Source of the DNA: Squalus acanthias
Lineage: Eukaryota
Assembly: GCA_030390025.1 (NCBI GenBank)
Contig: CM059431.1
Span: 121,832,001 to 121,896,000 of the forward strand
DNA length: 64,000 bases
Reading direction: 5' to 3'
Under the pieces are notes generated by a model. It had not been told where the DNA came from and did no database searches. It saw only the letters and a program-made list of their open reading frames with translations. This document shows, in pieces, positions 32,906 through 44,995 of this stretch (position 1 is the first letter of the stretch; each line of letters opens with the position of its first letter). The position numbers were made by a program, and so were the translations under genes.

Positions 32906-35257
32906 ATGGAACGAATTCTAGTATTGCTCGTGGCAATCGGATGTGGATTGGCCTATCGAGGCCGCACCAAGGATGTCGTGGTGTTTGGATGTTCCGGGGA
33001 CACGGCCCCCATCGCGGTGGATGGGACCGGAAGACGGGAGGCAGAGGAGACCAGCACCTATTTCCACAAGGGAAGGTGGCCAGGATGGCTGGGAACGAAC
33101 TCAACGGAGTATTCCAGCACATCGGGGTTTGCCTACAAAGAGACTTCTTTACTGTGCCCCAAAGTAAGGATCATCGCACCCAGGATCAGCGTCACCGTCG
33201 GCAAACGGATTTGTTTGACTTGTAGTGGGAAGGTCCCATTGAGCCGATGGTGGTGGCTGCGAAAGCTGAGCAAAACTATGAGGAACTCTTCGGTCGAGTG
33301 GGAACGACTGGGTAATAATACCCATCGGACAATTACGGGGACAGACGGACAAGTGAAAGTCTGTTGGGACAAATGGTGGGAACCGGATGAGGGAATTTAT
33401 GTATGTATGTGGGGGTCAAAGTACGTTTGCCCCAAAGGCATCTCCATATTTTTTATTAATCAATGGCAGGATAACGGACAGGGGATGAGGTGGGATGCGA
33501 GCACCAGGGGGTGCGGAGCCCCATTCTCCCCGATCCCAGTAAATGCCACTGAGCTCATTACGCGCCCACGCAAAGCCCCGCCCACGATTCCGGTGGTTCT
33601 AGCTGAGGAAGAAGGGTGCCCTAAAACTAGTAAGGGACCCGGGAATGGTTTGGTACTGGTCCCCACAGACCAGATACTATTTCAGGGGGTACATTACGCG
33701 GTGGCCTCGGTGATTTTAAATCTCACCGAGGTGCGGTTACCAGAGTGGTGCCCCAAAAAGACGGAACAGTTGTACCAGGTCCTGTTGACCAAGATGTTCA
33801 GACAATTTTACGAATTCGATTTCGCGGAAATTGATAAAACAAGTTTGTACACCGCACCACAGGAAGTTTTGGATCAAGTAGGGAGGCAAAGAAGGGGTTT
33901 GGTGAACGATGCGTTCACTGCTTTTAACACAGGTACATCTGTGGTCAACGCTCTAGACAGTGTGGAGCTGCAGACCCAGATTAATGGTTTAAAGACACAA
34001 TTAAAGGACATTCTAACAGATGAGAATAAAGTGGTAGGGTCGGGTCTACACGAGGACCAAGCCATGACCCTCCATTTAAAGGAAATTATAGCAGAGTTGG
34101 AGAAACATGCAAAGACGGTAAATGCCCTGATTAGGGAAGATCGGAATGCATCCGATCAAGCTGCGCAGAACGAGGTGTGCGTGCTTTACGGGGCGTGGTT
34201 ACTGGGCGAGGGCCGCAGTAATTTGGAGGATTTAAAACAAGGTTTGGTTCCGTCCTGGATAAGTAACAAACACCTGCGGGAGCTCCACCCTTTTCAGAAC
34301 GCATTAAGTCCATGCCAGCTCAGGCTAGCTTCAGAAGCATACCCAGTCCCCGTGGACTGCGGACGTTCAAACCATACTATTATGGGAATAGTATTACGTA
34401 TGCCGGTTTTGGGCGACACAGCAAAGCCCGCCCCGGTGTATCGGGTAGAGAACATTGGTGTCATTCAGGGGGGAGCCCACATTCGTTATGCAGCGGTTCC
34501 ACCTTACGTCATCCGCTGGGAGCAAACGATGACAGGTACAGATCTCTCTGGTTGTCGTGGCAGGGGAGCACACATAATACTGTGCCCCCAGCACTTGAAT
34601 GCCTTTTTAACACCACAGTGCGGGTTCAGAACGACTGGCGCCAAGTCCATGAATTGCACCATGGAGGCAATGGCACAAGATCATGTGCCTCCGCAGGTAG
34701 CATACATCGGGGGTGGAACATATTGTGTTACCACTGCAGCGCAACACTACCAGCATGGAAACCGTAGCCGGTGTCCGGTGAGTGACAGCAGTTTCTGTTT
34801 TAAACCCAGGGCGGAAGTTCAAGTAGCACAACAGCGAATTATCCCAATCCCTGAACCATCCACTGTTCATCTCACAGTAAAAGAGAATTTCACCGACTTG
34901 CAGCGATTCGTCGCGCATTTTGGATACCTCATTCCCCCTCTCCCTGAACACCTCACCAAACTTCTAAAAGCCGTCGCGGTGTCACAGAAACATTTTTACA
35001 CATTAGAGCAGAAAACTGTCGAAATAGGAACAGACATTCTGGATATAGTAGTTCCACCGTGGTGGAATCTGTTCACTAATATTGAAGTACCTTCATGGAT
35101 CAGAATAGCCTCCCACATTTTAGTCGTATGCCAAGTTTTCATTGTAGTGTACCTATTGGTTGTACATTGTAAAAGAGACAAACGCCTCACCAAGCATGAA
35201 AACACGGGAGAGTGGCGAGAACGTTACGTGCGCGTGCACGATGAGAGCACCGTGTAA
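32906..35257 (+). CDS. env: Envelope glycoprotein (783 aa): signal peptide, Ig-like domain, RQRR cleavage site, class I fusion subunit, TM anchor
   Basis: MERILVLLVAIGCGLA signal, several NxS/T sequons, RQRR|GLVNDAFTAF, heptad repeat, Cys-rich region and TM ILVVCQVFIVVYLLVV. Splice acceptor CACAG ends at 32892. Confidence 0.88.
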   Translation: MERILVLLVAIGCGLAYRGRTKDVVVFGCSGDTAPIAVDGTGRREAEETSTYFHKGRWPGWLGTNSTEYSSTSGFAYKETSLLCPKVRIIAPRISVTVGKRICLTCSGKVPLSRWWWLRKLSKTMRNSSVEWERLGNNTHRTITGTDGQVKVCWDKWWEPDEGIYVCMWGSKYVCPKGISIFFINQWQDNGQGMRWDASTRGCGAPFSPIPVNATELITRPRKAPPTIPVVLAEEEGCPKTSKGPGNGLVLVPTDQILFQGVHYAVASVILNLTEVRLPEWCPKKTEQLYQVLLTKMFRQFYEFDFAEIDKTSLYTAPQEVLDQVGRQRRGLVNDAFTAFNTGTSVVNALDSVELQTQINGLKTQLKDILTDENKVVGSGLHEDQAMTLHLKEIIAELEKHAKTVNALIREDRNASDQAAQNEVCVLYGAWLLGEGRSNLEDLKQGLVPSWISNKHLRELHPFQNALSPCQLRLASEAYPVPVDCGRSNHTIMGIVLRMPVLGDTAKPAPVYRVENIGVIQGGAHIRYAAVPPYVIRWEQTMTGTDLSGCRGRGAHIILCPQHLNAFLTPQCGFRTTGAKSMNCTMEAMAQDHVPPQVAYIGGGTYCVTTAAQHYQHGNRSRCPVSDSSFCFKPRAEVQVAQQRIIPIPEPSTVHLTVKENFTDLQRFVAHFGYLIPPLPEHLTKLLKAVAVSQKHFYTLEQKTVEIGTDILDIVVPPWWNLFTNIEVPSWIRIASHILVVCQVFIVVYLLVVHCKRDKRLTKHENTGEWRERYVRVHDESTV

Positions 35258-35696
35258 TCGGAAAATGGCGTCACTCCCGCTCGCCACGTGCGCCGCGGAA
35301 GCCTGTACTCATATAAGATTTTCAGAGATTGTAAATACGTTGGGAACTCGACATGTTTTAAGAGTTGGTGTTGATTATTTTATGGTGATGGTGTTACAGT
35401 TAGAATTGATTGTTTGGTTTTGGGTTCTGTTTCTCCTTTCCCTGAATAAAAGATGAATATACAGGTGATACGAGAGGCATCGGCCTGGTTACGCCGGGAA
35501 GGAAAACAAGTGGTGTAAGTTTAAGGGCAAATAATGCCTACGGTGATATAAAATGTAATTTCTTGGGAAATGAGGACGACACAGAGACCCTAGCTAGGTT
35601 AAAGTTATGGGATTAATTTGCTGGATTCGGGGAAAAATCGAGATAATATTGCTCACCACTATGATTTTTGATACGATAAGCGGAGTTATTCGCATC

Positions 35697-35708
35697 AACA
35701 GGAGGGAC
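35697..35708 (+). promoter_or_regulatory. Polypurine tract
   Basis: AACAGGAGGGAC lies directly before the TG of the 3' LTR. Confidence 0.7.
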
Positions 35709-37374
35709 TGTAGAATTCGCAATATATCGCGATTTTATTAATAAGGAGAAAACACAGAGTTTCGTTCAAACAGCTTTTATTTCAGTAGAATGCTGGCAGG
35801 TTTAAAGTGGACACAAGCAGCCTGTAAAATGGCCGCCGCACCTCGTGACAGAACATTCTAGACTTTTCAACAGGCAGACAAGATGGCGTTCCAATAAACA
35901 TTTGTGCAAGATCGATTAAGATTCAGCACAGTGAAGATAATACACGAGACATTATGGGTTTGCAGTATACACATAGATACTGAAATCGGTCTCCCAGGTA
36001 CAAAGGAAAGCCATTGTACCGAGTAATCAAGGGCCCATCCAAAAGACATTAATATGTAAAATCCCAACGACTCTACGATGAGAGAGCCGTTAGCAGGTAG
36101 TTATACAGGACACTTGGAAGCCCCAAACCCCTCCAGGGAGATTACCGACCGATTTAACAATGGGAGAAATATTAACAGGTACTCAGACATTTACGAGTAG
36201 CCCCGAAACCCATTAAGAACGGAGATCACCCATACAAGACATTTGAGCGCCAAACCCTAAACAAAAGAATGGACATTATAGTTGGGCGGGAAACGGAAGA
36301 TTTTGCACTATAATTGCAGGCTCCAAACCGTCCATTCTTTCTCTTGCTGCTCTTATCATCGTGGCTGCTCCTGTGCTCTTATCCGGTCGATTCGTAACCT
36401 CGTGGCTGCTCCTGTGTACTCGTAGTTGGGCTCGCTCCTGCTTGCCTGTTGCCTCTTCTGAAAAGACTGTTGAACTTTCTGATCCGTTCGGATCTATCTC
36501 GTGTCGCGTAACGAAGACCTATATTGGTAACCGGTATCGGAACCAAAAGGCCCGAGAAGAGATGAGATGAGATGAGATGAGAAGAGAGGAAGACCATATC
36601 CATCGCCACGGTCAGTAAATCCCGACCGCGCCTGTAGGTCGATTAGCCAAGTTTTCCTCGCCAGGAAGACTTCTTCGAACTTGCAAGGAAACATATCGTA
36701 TCGACGATATCGACAACTGTGCTCGAAGAGTACCTGTTAAACCAACCAATATAGATCTTCATCACAGCAGACGTTCCAGCCTGCTAGCCGGAGCAGCAGA
36801 AGCAAGTAAACAAGTGGGACCAGGAGATCTCCTGACCGACACGTGGGTGCTGCGGTGAAAAACATCCGATCAGCTATTCGGAATTTCTTCGAGTTATCAC
36901 GAGTGGTGAGCATGAGTCTCGAAATCCTACGAATCTAGTTTAGGATAGATATTGATAGGGGAGGGTTTAAGGATTAAGGATATTTGTAATGTGTGCCCCT
37001 ATTTACTTTGTGCCGTTCGTTCCTCGTTTCCCTAAGATCGACTATATAACTGTTTGTAAGATTGTACTGTCATTAATCTGTGCTTATGACATGTATTTCA
37101 TAATCTTAAGTATCATGCAATAAAGATTTTCCATTTCGTACCATTCAAACCAAGTCTACATGAGTTTCATCTCCATTACTGCTCTCGCATCTAAGTCCAG
37201 TGTCTAGAACCGTAAGGGAGAGTGATTCGAACCACTCACAGGTGTGTCTAGTGTTCCCAGACTGGCTGGAGACCAGAACAGGCAACAAGGCCTAGACCCG
37301 CACTGACATACAGGCTGCACAGAGCCGCGTGAATCTCACAGGCTGCGAGACACGCAGGGTCAGAATCCCTTACA
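35709..37374 (+). repeat. 3' LTR (1666 bp)
   Basis: Direct repeat of the 5' LTR, with four transitions seen by eye. Followed by CATT. Confidence 0.97.
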
Positions 37375-38110
37375 CATTAGTTCAGCTGCTAACTCTCAGA
37401 ATCCTGTCTGCTGTATAGGTGTTTAATAACTTATCATATAAAATGTTATTACAGATTTATCTCTTTGATGCCATTCTTATGAAGGTCTTCAATTCAATTC
37501 TTAATATCCCCTTAACTGGTTATAAGCAGACGTTATGTCTACTAACTGTTCCATTTTCAATGCAAACACAATGTGATTGCTTGGTGTCATCTTCAAAGTG
37601 TTCTGTAGGTATTATATTTACAATATGTAAATCAAAACCACTTCAACCAGGGTGTTCCATGCATTTCTTAGCTACTTCAATTGGTTGTATTTATAATTGT
37701 GTTTCCCTTTTCATTTGATGTTACTTTTACAAAGGCACATGGTTTTTTAATGTTCTGTGTTTCTGTTCGAAGTGTTATTTTTAGCACTTTAAACTGGGTA
37801 TAGCATTGTGTTGGTTCCAAACTGCAGACTCCTTGGAAGAAAGCCTTTGCTTCTTCGATAGGACCATTGTCTCAGTGTCAATAACCATTTCCCATTTCAA
37901 AAGCTTGTATGGTGTCTACAGCTTTGTGTCAACAAGCTCATCTTATCTCAGAAGCCTGTATTTACAGCTTTGTGTCATTGAGGCTTTTAGATTTTTAAAC
38001 CCAGTTTGTCATATTTTAATGTCAGAATTCTGTTCATAGGATGGTGTATTTTTCTGAAATATGGCTATTCCTTTACAACGGGAGGCGCAAAGGAGCCCAA
38101 TATTTAGCCC

Positions 38111-38326
38111 TATGTTCCTGCATCTTTTTAAAATTGAACAATTTAGTTTATATTGCCTCTCTTCATTCTTCCTACCAAAATGTATCACTTCACACTTCTC
38201 TGCATTAAATTTGATCTGCTATGTGTCTGCCAATTTCACCAGTCTGTTGATGTTCTCCTGGAGTTTGTTGTTATCCTTTTCATTGTTCACTACATTTCCA
38301 AGTCTCGTATCATCTGCAAACTTTAA
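38111..38326 (-). mobile_element. Degenerate CR1 RT fragment
   Basis: Reverse complement reads KFADDTRLG...FNAEKCEVIHFGRKN. Confidence 0.65.
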
Positions 38327-38629
38327 AATCAGGATGACGATGCAGCTCGGGAACCACGTCTGTCAACGTGAGGCGGAAGCTCAGTGGCCATGTGCGAGGT
38401 CATTCATGCAGAGCATGGAAATCCCAATAAATGCATCCACATGACAGCTGCTTACTTGCCTAAAGGAAAAGCTCTTTCTGAGTGCATTTTCAGCACAGAT
38501 TTAGGTCTCTAGAGTTTGCAAGTCTTTTCTGTAACTTTGGAAGCCACTCTCACCACATTGCTAGTAACTATCACAACATTGACAGATTGCTCCTCTGATC
38601 TCTACTTGAACTACCATCTATTACATCAG

Positions 38630-39851
38630 CATAGGTACCACTTATAATGTCTCATCTTGGTCCTCAGAATCGAACCAGGATGAGCCACAACACCAGCAGC
38701 AGCAGCAACAACAACACCAAAAACCTTCTCCTCAACAACCTGATGCTCCACAGGACAGAGGGCATCAGCGCAGGGCTGCACCGCACCAGAGGCGATACCT
38801 CCAACACAGGGTATATAGGCAGAGGATGAGCTTCCTGGACATGACTGAGCAGCAGTGCCAAAGGAGGCTCAGGCTATTGCGCCTTGTCATTGTAGATATT
38901 TGCAGTTTGCTGGAGCAAGACTTCCAGCCCAGAGGACCTGATGGACATGCCTTACCAGTGGCTGTCAAGTCACCAACACACTCAACTTCTTCGCCTCAGG
39001 CTCCTTCCAGTGATCTACGGCAGACATTTGCTGCATCTCGCAGTCGGTCATCCACAAATGCATCACACAGGTCACTGATGACGTGTTTAACAAGTCAGCC
39101 AATTATGTGAACTTTGCCACTGATGAAGCCAGTGTTACTGAGAATGCGCTCGCCTGTGCTGCTCTGGCTGGCTTCCCACGGGTGCAGGGCATCATCAACT
39201 GCACACATGTGGCCATCAGGGCACCCCATCATCACCCAGGAGTGTTTGTTAACCGCAAGGGCCTCCACTCCCTCAATGTGCAACTCGTCTCCAACAACAG
39301 GAAGATCATCATGTATGTGAATGCCAAATTCCTTGGCAGCTGTCATGACTCTTTTGTCCTGCGCCTGTCCACCCTCCCTCAGTTCTTTGCACCTGCCAAA
39401 CACACAAACTGGCTGGCTGCTTGGAGACAAGGGCTATCCACTGAAGATATGGCTCATGACACTCTTGAGAAGGCCAAGCAATGAGGCTCAGGAGCGCTAT
39501 AATGAAAGCCACATGTCCACCAGATGTGCCATAGAGCAAACAATAGGCATGCTGAAGATGCGCTTCAGATGCCTTGACCGATCTGGAGGAGCTCTTCAGT
39601 ACGCAACAGCCAGGGTCTCCAGAATCATCGTTGTTTGTTGCGTGCTGCACAACATAGTGCAGCAACGAGGATTAGCGCTGCATGAGGAGCAAGGCGCAGA
39701 ACGGACAGCCTCTTCAGAGGAGGAGGAGGAACATCAGCTGGAAGATGAAGAGGTGGAGCAGGAGAAATCTGGGGTCCACATGCCAGGAGTACCGGAGCAC
39801 ATTGCTGCCCAGGAGGCTAGGGATGACCTCATCATGGCTAGATTTACTTAA
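38630..39851 (+). pseudogene. Harbinger transposase, frameshifted
   Basis: [47 protein letters not shown] and CCVLHN spread across three frames. Confidence 0.9.
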
Positions 39852-40150
39852 CTTCCTGCATTGCACCCTTATGGCTGCCACATGCTGTGCCAGGTTCCCC
39901 CCCTCCCCCCACCCACTACAAACAACACCATAAAGGATCCCTACAATGACCAAGCCATTTCTTTCACAGTAACACCCATTGCTGGAGGTAATGTTATGTC
40001 TCACCATTCACTTCAACTCACTAAGCCACTTCCAAAGTAGCAGACAAAAATGGGCATGACCGGAACGTGGTGAAAATAAATACTTTTATATCTGTCATAA
40101 CAGTAATGGAACCTTAATAATAACACACCCATCTGTTAACTCTTGTGAAT

Positions 40151-42053
40151 CTACTTCTGTGTCATTTTTCTGTTCCTCGTGCGTCTATGAGGTGCAACCC
40201 CTGTGGCTTCAGCAGAGGTAGAGGCAGACTGCTCACTTCCCTGCTGCGACTGCGTAAACACTTTTGGTGGACGTCCTCTGGGTTTTGGAGTCTGTGATGG
40301 CCCCGCCAAAGTCTGCTGCTCCTGCGACTGTGCAGGGGCAGATTCAGCCATCGCGATCTGTGGAGGCAAATAGGGCTCTGACTGGGGGGGGGGGGTGGGG
40401 TGCAATGGGGGACAAGTGTGAGCGCTTTGAGAGGAGCCCCCACTTCCATGTCCCCTCTCAGAATCATCCCTCTCATGGGCCACCCGCACTTCCCTGCTAG
40501 CAAGAAGTTGGAGAGCACCTTGCTGCACAGCAGTGGGACCATGAGGACACAAGTCTACCTTTACATCCCTCCTAGAGAGGAGGTCTATGAGCCTCTGCCA
40601 TCTGTTGTCCATAGATAGCATGTGCTCATGTGAGTGGCGCATTAGCTGCTCCATGCAGGTGGCCATCCTTTCCATGGAAGAGTACACCATCGCCACCGCC
40701 TGTGAGATGGTGATGTTCATGTTGGAGATGGACTCCTCCATTCTCTGCACATTTTCAGACATGGCGTCTGCAAAACCTGTCAGAGCCTCCTGCATTTCTT
40801 GCTGCCCCTCCAGGATCGCCCTCTTTCTGGATGGCCCCTGAGGCTCAGTATCTGCATGTAGCTGAGCAGAAACTAGGAGTGTCCTGCGCCCTCCGGCAAG
40901 GAGTCTCCACTGTTGTTCCTGTTAACACCACCTGCTCTTGCTCACTTGTGACTTGTGAGACATCAGGTGACAAAACTATTCTATCTTGCATAGGCCATAC
41001 CGAGGCGTGTGTATCTGCGCTGGTGCTGGGTGCATTTTGGTCTGCTGACGGTGCACCCTCAGAGGCTGGAGGCTCCTCTGAGGAGTCGTCTTCCTCCTCC
41101 GGCTGGACAGTGGCGGGGGCGGGGGGCAAGGGGGGGCGCATTGGGGCTCTTGATGGACCAGTGGGAGAGTAAAGAGATGATTTAGAACTGTTATGTTAAG
41201 AATGGGTAATGATACCATTATGCACATGATGAACATTCACTGGCTGCTGACATCAGTCACCATATGAGTGACTGATGTATGCCATGTGGCTGTATGAGAT
41301 GTAATTCTGTTACCCGGTTGCTGAGAGGTCCCCCTCTCCCATCTCCCACCAGCCGCTCTGTAACTCCTGAGACCTCCAGGGCCACCTTCTCTGCTGCAGT
41401 TAAAGTGCTGAAGGATGGAGGGCCACCTCCGGTTCTCTCCCTCTCCCTGTTGTTGTGTGCTCTCTTCTCCTACTAGGAGGGAAAGAAGAGAAGTTTGAGT
41501 GAGAGAGGTGGCATGAGTGTAAGGATTATGTGGGTTACATCTGTAGAGGGTGACTATGAGGGAGTGGTGTGCCAATGCCAAATGGCCTCCTTCTGTGGTG
41601 TTAGTTGGTATGATTGTATTAGGATGAAGGTGAGTGTGAGTGATGGCTAGTCAGATGGGGATGTGAGTATGTAGATAGAGAGAGAGGGATGCGTGGACGT
41701 GCAAGGTATATTGGTGTGAGTAAGGATGTGCAGGAGCAGGCTTGGGAAGGTAGAGTGATGGGGATGTGATGAAAGGCACAGCAGGATGAAGTTGAGTGTG
41801 GCTTTGTACTCACCGTTCCTGATCTAATGAGATAATTGAAGCATTTCTGGCACTGCACCCAGGTCCCCCTCACCACATCTCTGCTGTTCACCTCCTCAGC
41901 TATTTGGAGACAGGCTCTTTTTGTCTCTTGGGAAGGTCGCTTCCACCCATTAGCAGGGAAGAGGACCTCCCTGCGTGCTCTGACTCCCTCTACAAGAATA
42001 TGTAGAAAGTCTTCGGAAAAGCTGGGTGCAGCCCTCTGTCTTTGGGAAGTCAT
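40151..42053 (-). pseudogene. Harbinger Myb/SANT-like gene (spliced, decayed)
   Basis: RAAPSFSEDFLHILVEGV...QIAEEV...WVQCQKCFNYL. Minus-strand GTGAGT donor at ~41812. C-terminal STSAEATG..RRTR motif shared with the other two copies. Confidence 0.75.
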
Positions 42054-42347
42054 GTTTAGTAATCTCAGCAATAACAAGATCCTCCAATATATTCCCTCCA
42101 CACTCCTAGATGAAACTTCAAATGCAATGTGGCGAAGGCTGCTTTAAATATCCCCGCTGGAAATGAGTCATCGATGATGTCATCAGACCCGTACCATTTA
42201 ATATGTCCGGGAAACATGCAAGTCTGCCTTAATAGGGGCCATGAACTGAAAGTCACTCTGAGGTGCGGGCTGATCAATACATCACGGTACCGACCCGACA
42301 CACGATCCGCACGCACCTGACCTGACCCGGTAAAGAAAATTCCAGCC

Positions 42348-42685
42348 TATATCTTTAGTATTCCAGGAAACCCCAGCTTTGGATGCACTTCCTTTCCCCC
42401 TCGTGGGAATGTGTGTTCTCTTTACCCAAACTATCTCCACTTTGAAGGCCTCCCATTGTACAATTACTGTTTTGCCTACCAATTTTGGATTCCAATCCAC
42501 CTGGGCCAGAACCCTTTTCAACTCACTGAAATTAGCCCACATCCAGTTAAGTATATTTGCGCTTGATTGTTGCTTGTCCTTTTCCATAACTATTCTAAAC
42601 CAAATAAAATTATGATCACTGTTCCCCAAAAGCTCCCCGACTGAAACATGCTCCACTCACCCCACTTCATGCCACAGAACCAGAT
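42348..42685 (-). mobile_element. CR1 endonuclease-region fragment
   Basis: VGELLGNSDHNFIWF...LNWMWANFSELK. Confidence 0.7.
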
Positions 42686-43506
42686 CCATAAGAACATAAG
42701 AAATAGGAGCAGGAGTAGCCATTATTAAATAAGATCATGGCTGATCAACACCACTTTCCCGCCCGTTCCCCATAACCCTTGACTCCCCTGTAGCTCAAAT
42801 ATCTGTCTATCTCCGCCTTGAATATATTCAATGACTCCGCCTCCACAGCTCTCTGGGGTAGAGAATTCCAAAGATTCACGACCCTCTGAGAGAAGAAATT
42901 CCTCCGCATCTCCATTTTAAATGGATGACCACTTATCCTGAAACTGTGCCCCCTAGTTCTATATTCCCCCATGAGGGGAAACATCCTCCCTGCATCTACT
43001 CTGTCAAGCCCCCTCAGAATCTTATATGTTTCAATATAAGATCACCTCTCATTTTCTAAACTCCAATGAGTATAGGCCCAACCTGCTCAACCTTTCGTCA
43101 TAAGACAACCCCTTCATCTCAGGAATTAACCAAGTGAACCTTCACTGAACTGCTTCCAATGCAAGTATATCCCTTCTTAAATAAGGTGACCAAAACTGCA
43201 CGCAGTACTCCAGGTGTGGTCTCACCAGCGCCCTGTACAGTTGTAGCAAGACTTCCCTACTTTTATACTCTAACCCCCTTGCAATAAAGGCCAACATTCC
43301 ATTTGCCTTCCTAATTATTTGCTGTACCTGCATGATAACTTTTTGTGTTTCATGTACGAGGACCCCCAGATCCCTCTGTACCACAACATTCTGTAGTCTC
43401 TTTCCATTTAAATAATAATTTGCTTTTTTATTTTCCCACATTATACTCCATCTGACAAATTTTTGCCCACTCACTTAACTTATCTATATCCGCTTGCAGA
43501 CACTTT

Positions 43507-43953
43507 GGGCTGGATTTTGAATGACCCATGGAGTCGGGTTTGGAGGCGTGTGGGGGGTTAAATTTGCGGGGTCGGGGGTCCCGACCCCATCCCGACTCCA
43601 TCCCGCCTTCACGCAATTTTGATAAAATCAGTCGCGGGGTTCCCGACTCCGTCCCGCCTCCAAGAGGCGGGAGAGGCCATTAAAGCCCTTAACAAGCCCT
43701 AAATTGGCTCTGTAATGCCATTTTGAAACGTTTTAGCTAGTTTAACCCTTTTCCGACGTGAAGTACGCCTGATGTGAAACACTCCAGTGAAACCTGGCGG
43801 GAGCACAAGTGGACAGCTGACTATCGGCTGCAGGTCCACTATTACAATGGAGATGTGATGAAGGTAGTAATAGTATTAGGTGTGAAAGTCGCCTCTGATG
43901 GTGCTGCATTGAATGTCTTCAGAAACTGCATGGCCTTTGCTGTGAGAGGACTT

Positions 43954-44002
<49 letters not shown>

Positions 44003-44016
44003 TCTCTCTCTTCTCT

Positions 44017-44063
<47 letters not shown>

Positions 44064-44332
44064 TGCATCCAGGTCCACTCACATGAAAAGCCAGGCAGGT
44101 CCTCTCTCACCAACAGCCAGAGACTTCTGAGACCAGTCAGCAATGATGACATCATCAGAGGCGACTTTCAGACTGAAACCACTAATTAGTTCATGGGTTC
44201 CCACATGCTGGAACTCAATTGCCCAATTAAGTGAAAATTGCATCATTCATCCACATTTATCTGGAATCGGGGGGGGGGACACGAAATGCAGGTGACACGA
44301 CCCCAACCCGACCCCAAGACAAAATCCAGCCC
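43507..44332. mobile_element. Harbinger-type MITE
   Basis: Perfect TIR GGGCTGGATTTT/AAAATCCAGCCC and TTT TSD. Confidence 0.82.
43957..44057. repeat. (TC)n microsatellite
   Basis: About 100 bp of TC repeats. Confidence 0.95.
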
Positions 44333-44335
44333 TTT

Positions 44336-44995
44336 GGGCGCGATCTTGCCAGCCCTGGGGAGGCGGGTTTGGAGGCGGGACTGCTGAGAAAATGGCAGAA
44401 TCTGGGGGCGGGTACCCATCCTGCTCCCAGCCCGCCTCCGTGCCATCTTCCCAGGAGACGGGTAGCCGACCCGTGCCGGGTCCCATCTCTTGGAGGCGGG
44501 AAGGGGATTACAGCCACAGGTAGTTAACAGGCAGTTTTCCAACAGAGGCGTGGGCTTCTTGACGTCAGGAAACCCCGCCAGGGTCACCGAGGCAAGCAGT
44601 GGGTCTGCGGGGGTCGGAGGGGTGCAAAAGAGCGCTGTGAAGATAAGTGATGGGTTCAAGTGTGGAGAGGTAAGTATGTAAGGTGAGTGAAAATTGATAG
44701 AAGATGTTTACTTACCTTTGTTTCTTCCTGCAGTCTTCAACAGTTGGGAAACCGGAGACTCCCACATCTCACCGGCAGAGATGACAGATGGCTGCTGCAT
44801 TCTCCAATGGAACATCCATCTAATTTCTGCTCGCAAAAGAGGTTTGATGAGTCTTGAATACAGCCGCTGGGCGGGCTTAACAAGGTCAATCAAGGGAAAA
44901 TAGCGTGGGTTGGCCACAAGTCGATGGAGGTGGGACTAAAACTCGACAAGCAGCAGTCCCGCCTCCAACACGCCCCCATTGGCAAAATCGTCCCC
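44336..44995. mobile_element. Harbinger-type MITE
   Basis: Imperfect TIR GGGCGCGATCTTGCCA / TGGCAAAATCGTCCCC. Homologous to 45189-46033. Confidence 0.75.

Larger units (their letters stand above)
24615..37374 (+). mobile_element. Complete endogenous retrovirus (LTR-gag-pol-env-LTR), lokiretrovirus-like
   Basis: TG...CA LTRs, CATT TSD (24611-24614, 37375-37378), PBS, PPT and three long open ORFs. The element itself is clear; the lineage assignment is inferred. Confidence 0.95.
38330..42347. mobile_element. PIF/Harbinger DNA transposon, third family; left end truncated
   Basis: Transposase (+) and Myb-like gene (-) are convergent. Right end GAAAATTCCAGCC at 42347. Confidence 0.82.

Noticed and set aside
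43774..44155. RE/SL-repeat ORFs
   Set aside because: These are translations of a (TC)n microsatellite.
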